NCBI GenBank assembly: GCA_002839315.1
Contig: PGXV01000004.1
Span: forward strand, 98,787-162,786
Direction: 5' to 3'
DNA: 64,000 nt
Origin: Spirochaetae bacterium HGW-Spirochaetae-3
GTDB taxonomy: Bacteria > Spirochaetota > Spirochaetia > Treponematales > UBA12059
This document shows positions 29,235 to 37,566 of the stretch, piece by piece. Position 1 is the first letter of the stretch. Each line of letters opens with the position of its first letter. The position numbers were made by a program, and so were the translations under genes. The notes below the pieces were generated by a model that searched no databases, was not told the origin of the DNA, and saw only the letters and a program-made list of their open reading frames with translations.

Positions 29235-31157
29235 TCAGTCTAGCACCTGGGCATAGCTAACGCCGGAAATAGAGAAAACGGCGTAGAGGGCTCCGTTCCT
29301 CGACCCTCGGCCCTCGGGCGGCATGACCGCCCCGAAATCGAAGGGCTTCTTCCCGATCCAGACGACCAATCCGCCGGAATCGGGGACGAGGGGCACCGTC
29401 TTGCCGTCTTCCATGACGCCTTCTATACGCCCGTTCCGATAGACGGCCTCTATCACGCGGCCGCGAGGGCTCGTATAGCGGTAAAGGACCGTGCCGTCCG
29501 CGCGAGTCTCGAGCGACATATCGGCAGAACCGTCCCCATCGTAGTCCCAGGACTGAGATCGCGGAACCCCGAGGCCTTCCCGATATTCAAAAAAGCCGTC
29601 TCCGTCGAGGTCGGTCTCGTAATACGCTGGGGCGGGGATTCCGTCTTCGCCGCGGCGCCAGATCCTGCGCGATTCGTAACGGCCGTCCCCGTCGGCGTCG
29701 ACCGTCTCTTCGATAGGCATGCCGCCTCGATAGACCGCGTAACCGATACGACGATACGCGTCCTGCCACCAGGTCCGCGCGGGCTGTCCCTCGAATAGCT
29801 CTACTGTCTCTATACCCGGACCTATTCGCCGGGAGGCGTAGGCGAGGCTGACCGCGCGAGTCTCGGTCGGTAACGGGAGATCGCCGCGAAATACGAAATA
29901 CGGCCCGCCAGGCGCGCCCGTCATGGATTCCATGGACACGAGCGGGACGGGCATCACGGCCGGCCCCAGGGAATACGTCCTCGTCCCGGAATCGTCGGCA
30001 TACTCCAGCGTATCGGCATAGGGCCAGGAGCCGTAGCGTATCGTCACGGTAACGGAGCCGGATACGGCCTTCATGGTCCGCGGTACGCCGGATAAAAACG
30101 ACGATTCGATCTCGGGCTCGCCGTCCTGGTTGACGTCAAGCGCCCAGGCCGCGGGCTGGCCCGAAGCGTACAGGGTCGTAGACTCGGGGATGCCGTCCCT
30201 ATCCTCGTCCCGGGCGATCTCTCCGGAGAAGGAGGAAAACGCCTTGACGAAAAACGCCCTGGATTCACCGCTCGACAAGAGCGCGTAGAGCGTCCGGATC
30301 GACTCTTCGGTCGCCGCGTACCGCCCGGACAACATCTCCCCTACCGCGCGGTCCTCGTCTACGAGGCCGTATTCGAGCGCGAGCACGGTAGCGTCTGCGC
30401 TCGATCGCCCGATGGCCCGGTACTCCCGTACGAGAAGCCGCGACTCGTTCACGGAAGATGCGTACGGAGCCAGGGCTATCAGTGCGTCGGGGTCGATTTC
30501 CTTTATCGCGGCGAGCGCTGCGAATCCGGCGGACACGAGCTCGGCGTCTCCGGCGGACGAAAAGGGACGCTTCGTCGACCGTAGCCACGCTATCAAGGGC
30601 CGTGGATCGACGGGATAGCGGCGGAGCGAGGCGAGCGCGGCGGAACGGGAACCGGCGTCGTCTCCGAGGGCTAGCCTGGCGATCGACTCCACGTACAGAG
30701 CCTCGGCGCTCGGGGGCATGTCGGAGACGAAGCGGAGCGCGTCTTCGGGTCGCCGCGTACGGGCGAGTATGGCCGCGTACAGGAGGCGCGCGTCCTCGGC
30801 CTTATAGAGCCGGAACCCGCCACCCGCCAAGGCTCGCTCCAGCGAGCCGGCGGCCGACGACAGGCTCTCGCCCCCGGAGAGGCCGAGCAATGCACGCAGA
30901 TAGTTAGCGTCGGGATCGGACGGAACGAAGGACAGGGCCTCGTCCAGAAGAGTAACGGCCGCTCCCGCGTAACCGGCCGCGAGCGCGTCTCGGGCGCTGT
31001 TCACTAGGGACGCGCACAGCGCCGCATCGCGCGAGGTCGTATCGGCGAACGAAGGGACGGCAGACGCCAGCGCGAGCGCCAGCGCCGATATGAGCAGTCC
31101 CTTACGCCTCGCTCGTAGCCGGATCGGCGAATCCGAACATAGCCTTGATGTCGTCAT
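29235..31157 (-). CDS. Secreted TPR + Asp-rich (DxDGDG) repeat protein, hypothetical
   Basis: 640 aa. Signal peptide LLISALALALASAVPSFA and an N-terminal TPR-like helical region. The C-terminal half carries repeated calcium-binding-like loops (NQDGEPE, DEDRDGIPE, DADGDGRYE, DLDGDGFFE, DYDGDGSAD). AAGGAG lies ~10 nt upstream of the ATG, inside the ftsH 3' end. Confidence 0.65.
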   Translation of the reverse strand: MTTSRLCSDSPIRLRARRKGLLISALALALASAVPSFADTTSRDAALCASLVNSARDALAAGYAGAAVTLLDEALSFVPSDPDANYLRALLGLSGGESLSSAAGSLERALAGGGFRLYKAEDARLLYAAILARTRRPEDALRFVSDMPPSAEALYVESIARLALGDDAGSRSAALASLRRYPVDPRPLIAWLRSTKRPFSSAGDAELVSAGFAALAAIKEIDPDALIALAPYASSVNESRLLVREYRAIGRSSADATVLALEYGLVDEDRAVGEMLSGRYAATEESIRTLYALLSSGESRAFFVKAFSSFSGEIARDEDRDGIPESTTLYASGQPAAWALDVNQDGEPEIESSFLSGVPRTMKAVSGSVTVTIRYGSWPYADTLEYADDSGTRTYSLGPAVMPVPLVSMESMTGAPGGPYFVFRGDLPLPTETRAVSLAYASRRIGPGIETVELFEGQPARTWWQDAYRRIGYAVYRGGMPIEETVDADGDGRYESRRIWRRGEDGIPAPAYYETDLDGDGFFEYREGLGVPRSQSWDYDGDGSADMSLETRADGTVLYRYTSPRGRVIEAVYRNGRIEGVMEDGKTVPLVPDSGGLVVWIGKKPFDFGAVMPPEGRGSRNGALYAVFSISGVSYAQVLD

Positions 31158-32970
31158 CGAGCAGAGTCTCCTTACGGATGAGTTCTTCCGCCAGGCTGAT
31201 CAGCTGGTCGCGATGCTCGGTCAGTACCTCGAACGCCTTTTTACGGGCTTCGTCGAGAATATTGAATACGGCGCGATCGATCCTCTTCGCCGTATCCTCG
31301 GAATAGTCCTTATGCTGGGCTATTTCCTTCCCTATGAATATCGGCTCTTCTTCCTGGCCGTACGAGACGGGCCCGAGTTCCTCGGACATCCCCCATTCGC
31401 ATGCCATCTTGTGGGCCAGGTCGGTCGCTTGCCTGATATCCTGCGTGGTACCGGTCGTCGTCTCTCCGTATACTATAGTCTCGGCCGCGAAACCGCCGTA
31501 CGATATGACAATCCGGTCGCGAATCCAACCGCGGCTCCGGGAATACGCGTCCTTGGCCGGCAACGACATGGCGAGACCGAGCGCGCGACCGCGCGGGACG
31601 ATGGTCACCTTATGAAGGGGATCGGCGTTGGGCAGGTAGTAGTGGAGCAACGCGTGGCCCGCCTCGTGATAGGCGGTGGCCTTCTTCTCCTCCTCGGAGA
31701 TGATGAGCGAGCTGCGGGCGATGCCCATCATTATCTTGTCGCGGGCTTCCTCGAAGTCCTGCATCTCGACCTCTGTATGCTCACGGCGCACGGCGAACAG
31801 CGTGGCCTCGTTAACCATGTTGGCCAGGTCGGCGCCGCTCATGCCGGGCGTGGCGCGGGCGAGCCTGGAGGCGTCGATATCGCTGGAGATGGGCACCTTG
31901 GCCATGTGTAACTTGAGGATATCCTCGCGTTCCTTGATATCGGGCATGGCGACGATGACCTGCCTGTCGAAGCGGCCGGGCCGCAGGAGCGCGGGGTCGA
32001 GCACGTCGGGCCTGTTCGTGGCCGCGAGTATTATGACGCCGTCCTTGGTGTCGAAGCCGTCCATCTCGACGAGCATCTGGTTGAGCGTCTGTTCTCGTTC
32101 GTCGTGGCCGCCGCCATAGCCGGCGCCTCGGGTGCGCCCGACCGCGTCCAGTTCGTCGATGAACAATATGCACGGCGCGCTCTTGCGCCCCTGGTCGAAG
32201 AGGTCACGGACGCGGCTGGCGCCTACGCCGACGAACATCTCGACGAAGTCCGATCCGGACATATGGAAGAACGGTACGTCGGCCTCCCCCGCTACGGCCT
32301 TGGCCAGCAGGGTCTTGCCCGTTCCGGGCATGCCGACGAGCAGTACGCCCTTGGGGATACGGGCGCCCATTTTAACGAATTTCTGTGGGTTCTTGAGGTA
32401 ATCGACGACTTCGAGAAGCTCGTACTTGGCTTCCTTCTGGCCGGCTACGTCGGCGAACGTAATCTTCTTGTCGCTGGTCAGATATTTCTTGGCCCGACTC
32501 TTGCCGAAGCTGAAGGCCTTGTTGTTGCCTTGCATCTGGCGTAATACCATCCAGACCAGGAAGAACCCGAATATCCACGGGAACAGTTCACCGAGTACCC
32601 GCAGGGGGCTCAGTTCCGCGCTGGCGCCTTCGAGCTTGACGTCCCGCGCCTTCAGCTCATCGAGGAGACCGTTATCGACGTAGGGTATCAGCGTGCTGAA
32701 TTCCTGGGTAGCGCCGGCCTTGCCTTTGAGCGTTCCCTGTATCAGCCGCTGGTCGACGATGCGGACCGACTCGACGTTGCCTTCTTCCAGATGAGCGACG
32801 AACGTGGAATACGGGATGGGAGCGGCGACTGACGATCCGTCGAACAGGAAGAGTCCCACCGACGCGACGAGGAGGGCGACGAAAACGATCAGCGATATTT
32901 TGGCGTTGCGGGGCGGCCCCGCCTCGGGTTTCTTCGGTATCTTTGGTGAGTTATTATCGTCAAATTGCAT
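31102..32970 (-). CDS. ftsH: ATP-dependent zinc metalloprotease FtsH
   Basis: 622 aa. Two N-terminal TM segments, AAA module [17 protein letters not shown], and the zinc site HEAGHAL. Confidence 0.97.
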   Translation of the reverse strand: MQFDDNNSPKIPKKPEAGPPRNAKISLIVFVALLVASVGLFLFDGSSVAAPIPYSTFVAHLEEGNVESVRIVDQRLIQGTLKGKAGATQEFSTLIPYVDNGLLDELKARDVKLEGASAELSPLRVLGELFPWIFGFFLVWMVLRQMQGNNKAFSFGKSRAKKYLTSDKKITFADVAGQKEAKYELLEVVDYLKNPQKFVKMGARIPKGVLLVGMPGTGKTLLAKAVAGEADVPFFHMSGSDFVEMFVGVGASRVRDLFDQGRKSAPCILFIDELDAVGRTRGAGYGGGHDEREQTLNQMLVEMDGFDTKDGVIILAATNRPDVLDPALLRPGRFDRQVIVAMPDIKEREDILKLHMAKVPISSDIDASRLARATPGMSGADLANMVNEATLFAVRREHTEVEMQDFEEARDKIMMGIARSSLIISEEEKKATAYHEAGHALLHYYLPNADPLHKVTIVPRGRALGLAMSLPAKDAYSRSRGWIRDRIVISYGGFAAETIVYGETTTGTTQDIRQATDLAHKMACEWGMSEELGPVSYGQEEEPIFIGKEIAQHKDYSEDTAKRIDRAVFNILDEARKKAFEVLTEHRDQLISLAEELIRKETLLDDDIKAMFGFADPATSEA

Positions 32971-34393
32971 CGGTGCGCGACACTCCTTTCAAGTCCATAT
33001 CAAAAACCATGTATCCGCCGACGGGAACGCCGACGAGCGCGTCGTTACGCCGGTATACGTCCCGGCCGCCGACGCGCGAAGCAAGGAAGGCTACGATCCC
33101 GTCAACATCCTCGATTACGGGAATTTCTTCTCGTCGCGATACGCATATTCCTAGCTCTGCGGCCAGGGAATCGAGCGTCTTATTGCCACCGCAGGTCCGC
33201 AACGCGTCTCCGGCTCGCCTCGAACGTACCCAGAGGGGCCATGAAAACGAGTCCAGGCGCAACCCCTCCGGATTATGGGACGAGTATATCCTACAGGAGC
33301 CGGCCTTGCCTATTCGATATTCACCGGCTCCTCGAGCAAAAAAACCGAATCCCCGTGTGCCGGAACCCGCGACGACCACGTCCTCCGCCACGGAACGAGA
33401 ACCGTGCGCGCCATCGGCCGCCTTCGCGGAAATGAGCTCGCCGCTCCTGACGAATTCGACGCCGGCTCCTGATGCCAGGCGCCCGTTCGCCTTGCCAGAG
33501 GAAGCGGCGGCGTGCACGAGCCGCCATGGCAGCCGCTCTGCGCCGAAGGGACCGCAGAGTCCGTAGAGCGCTCGCGTCCTGACCGCTACGGGCGCTACGT
33601 CGAAGGCGGCGGCGTCGAGCCCCCGATCGGGTCCGTCGGCCACGAGACCGGCAGCGAAGCCAGAAAGCGCTTCCTCGTCGAGGCTGGCCTTCGAGGCAAG
33701 GGTGCGCACCGAGGCCCGTAGCGACGGGAATACGGATAGAAGCGCCGGCACGACGTAGTGTCGTACCCGATTTCGCAGGTAGTCGTCCGAGGCGTTCGTG
33801 GAATCCATACGGAAAGAAAGCCCCATGGAGTCGAGATACGACAGTATTTCAGCCTTGGTAACGCCGAGTAGGGGCCTCTGTACCCGTCCGCTCGTAGCGG
33901 GGATGCCGCGCAATCCGGCGGTGCCGGATCCGGTGCAGAAGCGCATGACCATAGTCTCGAGGAAGTCATCGGAATTATGGCCCGTCAGGATGACGTCGCA
34001 TCGGGCCCGAGCCCTGGCGCGCTCGAGCGCCTCGTAGCGGAAGCTCCTCGCGGCGGCCTCGACGCCGCCGAGCGCCTTGGCGGCGCCCTCGATCTCGCCG
34101 CGCGCGGCGCGCTCGATAATCAGGCCGACCCCGAGTCCGGAACACAGGCACTCGACGAATTCGCGCTCCTCGGAAAGCTCGTCCTCGGGTCGTATGGCGT
34201 GATCGACCCAGCACGCGTGGACGGCGGCGCCCTTCGCCGCGAGCGCCGATCGTGAAGCGTGTAGCAGGGCGACGGAATCCGGGCCGCCTGAAAGGGCGAC
34301 GAGAGCGCTTGTAATCGGTTCGGGAGCCTCGTCGAGGAACTGGCGAACGGAATCGGAGACGGAACGGGGCGATGCTATTCCTTGCTGAGACAT
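32960..34393 (-). CDS. tilS: tRNA(Ile)-lysidine synthetase
   Basis: 477 aa. PP-loop ALSGGPDSVALL. The conserved tilS-ftsH order, here with an 11-nt overlap. Confidence 0.88.
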   Translation of the reverse strand: MSQQGIASPRSVSDSVRQFLDEAPEPITSALVALSGGPDSVALLHASRSALAAKGAAVHACWVDHAIRPEDELSEEREFVECLCSGLGVGLIIERAARGEIEGAAKALGGVEAAARSFRYEALERARARARCDVILTGHNSDDFLETMVMRFCTGSGTAGLRGIPATSGRVQRPLLGVTKAEILSYLDSMGLSFRMDSTNASDDYLRNRVRHYVVPALLSVFPSLRASVRTLASKASLDEEALSGFAAGLVADGPDRGLDAAAFDVAPVAVRTRALYGLCGPFGAERLPWRLVHAAASSGKANGRLASGAGVEFVRSGELISAKAADGAHGSRSVAEDVVVAGSGTRGFGFFARGAGEYRIGKAGSCRIYSSHNPEGLRLDSFSWPLWVRSRRAGDALRTCGGNKTLDSLAAELGICVSRREEIPVIEDVDGIVAFLASRVGGRDVYRRNDALVGVPVGGYMVFDMDLKGVSRTDAI

Positions 34394-34432
34394 CGAGCGG
34401 AGCCTCCGAGGTGTAGAACGCCACTAAACGAA

Positions 34433-34458
34433 CGGGGCCGCCAATGACGACGGCCCCG
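34433..34458 (-). terminator. Candidate intrinsic terminator after rplY/ctc
   Basis: 8-bp GC stem CGGGGCCG/CGGCCCCG with a 10-nt loop. On the minus strand it is followed by TTCGTTTAG, a weak U tract. Confidence 0.45.
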
Positions 34459-34480
34459 CAACGTTCTTGACGAGAAAGCG

Positions 34481-35152
34481 TTACTTCGCGGGCTTGGCGG
34501 GCTTGGCGGGCGCGGCGGGCGCGGCGGGCGCGGCGCCCGCTACGGGTGCGGCGGCGGCGGCGGCGGGCGCAGCTACTTCGGCCACGGCCTCGACCTCTTC
34601 GGCCTTCGCGAACTTTACGAGCACGACGACCTGATCGGTAGCGGATAGGATCTTGACTCCCTCCGCGTGGACGATATCGCGAACGTGGATCGAGTGGTTG
34701 GCCTCGAGCGCGCTGATATCGACCTCGAACTTCTCGGGCATATCCTTCGGGAAGCACTCTACCTCGATCTCGTGCACCGGGTTCTCGAGAATACCGCCGT
34801 TACGAACGCCGATAGAGCTACCAGTGAGGTGCACGGGCACCTTGGCGCGCATGATGACGCCGCTTTCGACCTCGAAGAAGTCGACGTGCAGGATCTTGCC
34901 GTGCAACCAGTCGAGCTGGCGATCCTTAACGAGGCAATCGTAAGAATCGGTACCGACGTTAAGCTTGATGATGGTACTCTCGGAAACGCCTTCGACCGCC
35001 TTCTGGAATTCCTTGGCGTTCAGCGCTAGCGGCGTAGCCTTGCCGTGGCGGTTATAGACGATCGCGGGAATGCCGCCGTTCTTCCTCAGGTCGTTCAAGG
35101 CGCCTTTGGTGCCGATCTCGCGCGCACCGGCGTTAATGACATGCTGGGTCAT
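34481..35152 (-). CDS. rplY: 50S ribosomal protein L25 / general stress protein Ctc with Ala/Pro/Lys-rich C-terminal tail
   Basis: Starts MTQHVINAGAREIGTKGALNDLRKNGGIPAIVYNRHG (M59 of track ORF 34481..35326), with GAGGAG upstream. Two-domain Ctc-type L25. Tail ..VAAPAAAAAAPVAGAAPAAPAAPAKPAKPAK. Confidence 0.88.
   Translation of the reverse strand: MTQHVINAGAREIGTKGALNDLRKNGGIPAIVYNRHGKATPLALNAKEFQKAVEGVSESTIIKLNVGTDSYDCLVKDRQLDWLHGKILHVDFFEVESGVIMRAKVPVHLTGSSIGVRNGGILENPVHEIEVECFPKDMPEKFEVDISALEANHSIHVRDIVHAEGVKILSATDQVVVLVKFAKAEEVEAVAEVAAPAAAAAAPVAGAAPAAPAAPAKPAKPAK
34488..34572 (-). repeat. 9-bp tandem repeats (GCGGGCTTG x2, GCGGGCGCG x3) plus a GCG/GCC run encoding the L25 tail
   Basis: Read directly from the sequence: gcgggcttggcgggcttggcgggcgcggcgggcgcggcgggcgcggcg... 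Confidence 0.85.
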
Positions 35153-35296
35153 GGATGATCTCTCCTCGCTACTAGGCGTAATGTATCGCGCTGGGACGGC
35201 AGGATTCGGACCTGCGAATAACGGAATCAAAGCCCGCTGACTTACCTCTTGTCGACGTCCCAATGGTACGTCGCCCGAAGGGACGTACGGCGCATA

Positions 35297-35326
35297 GTTA
35301 TACCCTATAACCGGGTATCGTGTCAC
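35297..35326 (-). promoter_or_regulatory. Candidate sigma70 promoter for rplY (GTGACA-N18-TATAAC)
   Basis: The minus strand reads GTGACAcgatacccggttatagggTATAAC. This would give a ~140-nt structured leader upstream of rplY. Confidence 0.4.
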
Positions 35327-35363
35327 GGGGGTATTCGCGTTAAGCGAGCGCGTTCCGCTATTT

Positions 35364-35651
35364 TTATTCCATCGAATCGACGTGGCTCTCGTCCGTACCC
35401 TCTCCTCGTTCGTACGTCGCGACGATGGAATCCTGCAACCGGGCCCTGAATTCGGGGCAAATCGGATGCGCGATGTCCTTATAGTCGCCGGCCTTGGTCT
35501 TTCGGCTCGGCATCGCGATGAACATCCCCGTCTTGCCCTCGATAACCTTGACGTTATGGATGACGAAGCACTCGTCGAAGGTGACGGTCACGTACGCCTT
35601 GAGCTTTCCCTCGCCGTTGACCCTACGGATGCGGATGTCGGTGATGTCCAT
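35364..35651 (-). CDS. spoVG: SpoVG family nucleic-acid-binding protein
   Basis: 95 aa: [57 protein letters not shown] upstream. Confidence 0.93.
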   Translation of the reverse strand: MDITDIRIRRVNGEGKLKAYVTVTFDECFVIHNVKVIEGKTGMFIAMPSRKTKAGDYKDIAHPICPEFRARLQDSIVATYERGEGTDESHVDSME

Positions 35652-35694
35652 TCGGCGCTTTCTCCTTGCTTTTTTTCGCTAGCACCGCGTAATT

Positions 35695-36606
35695 CTATAT
35701 CGAGTCACGGAGGCGCGCAAGCGGAAAGGCTATAACGGCGCTATACGCCTTCGATATAGCCTCCAGAGCCCTCTCGGCGACGTCAAGATATTCGAAAACG
35801 CCGAAAAGCGCGCTACCTGAACCGCTCATAGCGGAGAAGGAGGCTCCGGCAGAGACGAGCGCCGCCCTGCATTCCACCAAATCCGGATGGACTCGAGCCA
35901 CTGCATGGAAAAAGTCGTTCTCGAACGACCAAGCCGATGGAGGCAGAGAGGCGTATTCTCGTATAGCTCTATCGAGACCGACGCGAAGTTCCTCGGCGGA
36001 ACGCCCTCCCGGGGCCCGGGCCCCGGATCTCGAGTCGTCCAGCCGGGCATAGGCCTCTTTCGTGGACACGGGGAAGCCTGGATCGACGACAACGAGCGAG
36101 AAGTCCGTTCTGGGGGTTAGGTGCGACAGTATTTCGCCGCGTCCCGTAACAGCGGCGCACGCGGTATCCATGAAGAAGGGCACGTCAGACCCGATCGACG
36201 CCGCGATAGCATGCAATGAGGCGTCATCTACGAAGCCAGGAAGCAACGACGCGAGCCCCGCGAGCGTAGAAGCGGCGTCGCTCGATCCGCCTCCGAGGCC
36301 GGCGCCCATCGGAATGCCCTTGGTAATCGATATCTCAAGGCCCGGTATCGGAGAGAGCCCCGATGCCGCGGCCGCGAGGAAAAAGGCCTCGGCGGCTCTA
36401 TATGCGGTATTCTTCTCGGGGGGGCAGCCGCACTGGCCATCGAGTACGATCCCCTCGCCTTCGTTCAAAGAAAGCGATACCGCGTCGTACATTGAAATGG
36501 CCTGAAAAACGCTCGCGATGTCGTGGAACCCGTCCGGCCTCCGGTTTCCGACGCCAAGATATAGGTTGATCTTGGCTGGCGCCCGCGCCAGAATATTTCT
36601 AATCAT
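35695..36606 (-). CDS. ispE: 4-diphosphocytidyl-2-C-methyl-D-erythritol kinase
   Basis: 303 aa. APAKINLYL and the GHMP kinase motif PMGAGLGGGSSDAA. The ispE-spoVG-ctc order matches Firmicutes and spirochetes. Confidence 0.9.
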   Translation of the reverse strand: MIRNILARAPAKINLYLGVGNRRPDGFHDIASVFQAISMYDAVSLSLNEGEGIVLDGQCGCPPEKNTAYRAAEAFFLAAAASGLSPIPGLEISITKGIPMGAGLGGGSSDAASTLAGLASLLPGFVDDASLHAIAASIGSDVPFFMDTACAAVTGRGEILSHLTPRTDFSLVVVDPGFPVSTKEAYARLDDSRSGARAPGGRSAEELRVGLDRAIREYASLPPSAWSFENDFFHAVARVHPDLVECRAALVSAGASFSAMSGSGSALFGVFEYLDVAERALEAISKAYSAVIAFPLARLRDSI

Positions 36607-36612
36607 AGTGCG

Positions 36613-36618
36613 AATATA
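36613..36618 (-). promoter_or_regulatory. Candidate -10 element (TATATT) 6 nt upstream of the ispE ATG
   Basis: The minus strand reads GCTATATTCGCACTATG. No Shine-Dalgarno is present. Confidence 0.3.
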
Positions 36619-36679
36619 GCAAGCGAAGATATACTAAGGCTAGGCGCACGAAAAACGTTCAATTACACGGCGATTATAG

Positions 36680-36709
36680 TTGACAGACTACTTAGGTCTC
36701 TTTTAGATT
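36680..36709 (+). promoter_or_regulatory. Candidate sigma70 promoter of the acidic-protein gene (TTGACA-N18-TAGATT)
   Basis: Consensus -35 TTGACA at 36680-36685 inside an AT-rich island. It is followed by a ~90-nt leader carrying three CACGGT direct repeats (36719, 36733, 36778) and a GGGAGG Shine-Dalgarno. Confidence 0.45.
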
Positions 36710-36802
36710 TCTCCGTACCACGGTCGAGAGATCACGGTTAGTATCGTAATGAAACCGAGGGCTCGCTGCGCGAAGCCACGGTGATTTTAAGGGAGGATTG
36801 AA

Positions 36803-37117
36803 ATGGACCCTATACGGGACACGGCGATGCCGGGAAACGCGTTGGAGCTTGCGCTCATGAGCGTCGGCGACTACGTCCAAGCTCCCGAGGCTCCTTTCGT
36901 CCGTTTCGACGATTATGAAGACGAGGACGAGGACGACTTCGAGGAAGAAGACGACTTCGACGACTTTTCAGAGGAAGAAGACGACTTCGACGACGAAGAA
37001 GACGACTTCGACGACGACGAAGAGGACGACTTCGACGACGATTTCGGCGAAGAGGACGAGGAATCAGAGGATTTTGAGTACGAGGACGATATCGACTATA
37101 ACGACTTCGACGAGTAG
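36803..37117 (+). CDS. Hyper-acidic Asp/Glu/Phe repeat protein, hypothetical
   Basis: 104 aa with a strong Shine-Dalgarno, its own promoter candidate and a terminator. N-terminal ~35 aa are ordinary (MDPIRDTAMPGNALELALMSVGDYVQAPEAPFVRF). The rest is EEDDFDD-type repeats. No signal peptide. Confidence 0.7.
   Translation: MDPIRDTAMPGNALELALMSVGDYVQAPEAPFVRFDDYEDEDEDDFEEEDDFDDFSEEEDDFDDEEDDFDDDEEDDFDDDFGEEDEESEDFEYEDDIDYNDFDE
36925..37045 (+). repeat. Imperfect 21-24 bp tandem repeats GAAGAAGACGACTTCGACGAC (EEDDFDD units)
   Basis: At least four copies are visible between 36940 and 37040. Confidence 0.85.
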
Positions 37118-37135
37118 ACCCCGAGACGATCGGAC

Positions 37136-37180
37136 CCGAGGCCGCGCTTCCGTTGACGGAAGTGCGGCCTCGGCGGTTTT
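37136..37180 (+). terminator. Strong intrinsic terminator shared by the convergent acidic-protein gene and rsfS
   Basis: 17-bp stem CCGAGGCCGCGCTTCCG / CGGAAGTGCGGCCTCGG with loop TTGA, followed by CGGTTTT on the plus strand. Confidence 0.75.
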
Positions 37181-37566
37181 CAGGCCTTCGCCGGCGCCTC
37201 GGGCGCCGGTATCCTGGTAAGCTCGGCTTCGAACCAGAGCTTGTCGAGCTCGTAGAACTCCCTTGCCTCGGCCGCCATGATATGCACGACGAAATCGCCG
37301 AAATCGAGAAGGCACCATTGCTCGTCCTCTGCGAGCCTCGGCCTCCGTAGCGGCGAATACCCCTGCGTCGCGAGGTAATCCTCGACCTGCCTGGCGAGAC
37401 CGCGAAGGTGCGTAGAGCTCGTAGCGCTCGTAACGACGAAGAAGTCGGTCCAGGTCGACAGCTTCGTTAGATCGAGGACGATCGTATCGCCCCCGTTATG
37501 CTCGGCTAGCATGCCGGCGCAGCCGAAGGCTGCTTCCCGTACGTCAATCGACACAGTTCCTCCCAT
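37180..37566 (-). CDS. rsfS: Ribosomal silencing factor RsfS (iojap)
   Basis: 128 aa: DIVLDL..TDFFVVTSATSSTHLRGLA..WCLLDFGDFVVHIM..REFYELDKLW. Confidence 0.9.
   Translation of the reverse strand: MGGTVSIDVREAAFGCAGMLAEHNGGDTIVLDLTKLSTWTDFFVVTSATSSTHLRGLARQVEDYLATQGYSPLRRPRLAEDEQWCLLDFGDFVVHIMAAEAREFYELDKLWFEAELTRIPAPEAPAKA

Noticed and set aside
33975-34757. 260-aa minus-strand ORF bridging tilS and rplY
   Set aside because: It crosses a terminator-containing intergenic region and two well-supported genes in other frames, and it is Arg-rich.
36607-36802. AT-rich 196-nt island considered as a replication origin or small RNA gene
   Set aside because: No cluster of DnaA boxes (TTATCCACA) is present. 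It is better explained by divergent promoters for ispE and the acidic-protein gene plus a 5' leader.
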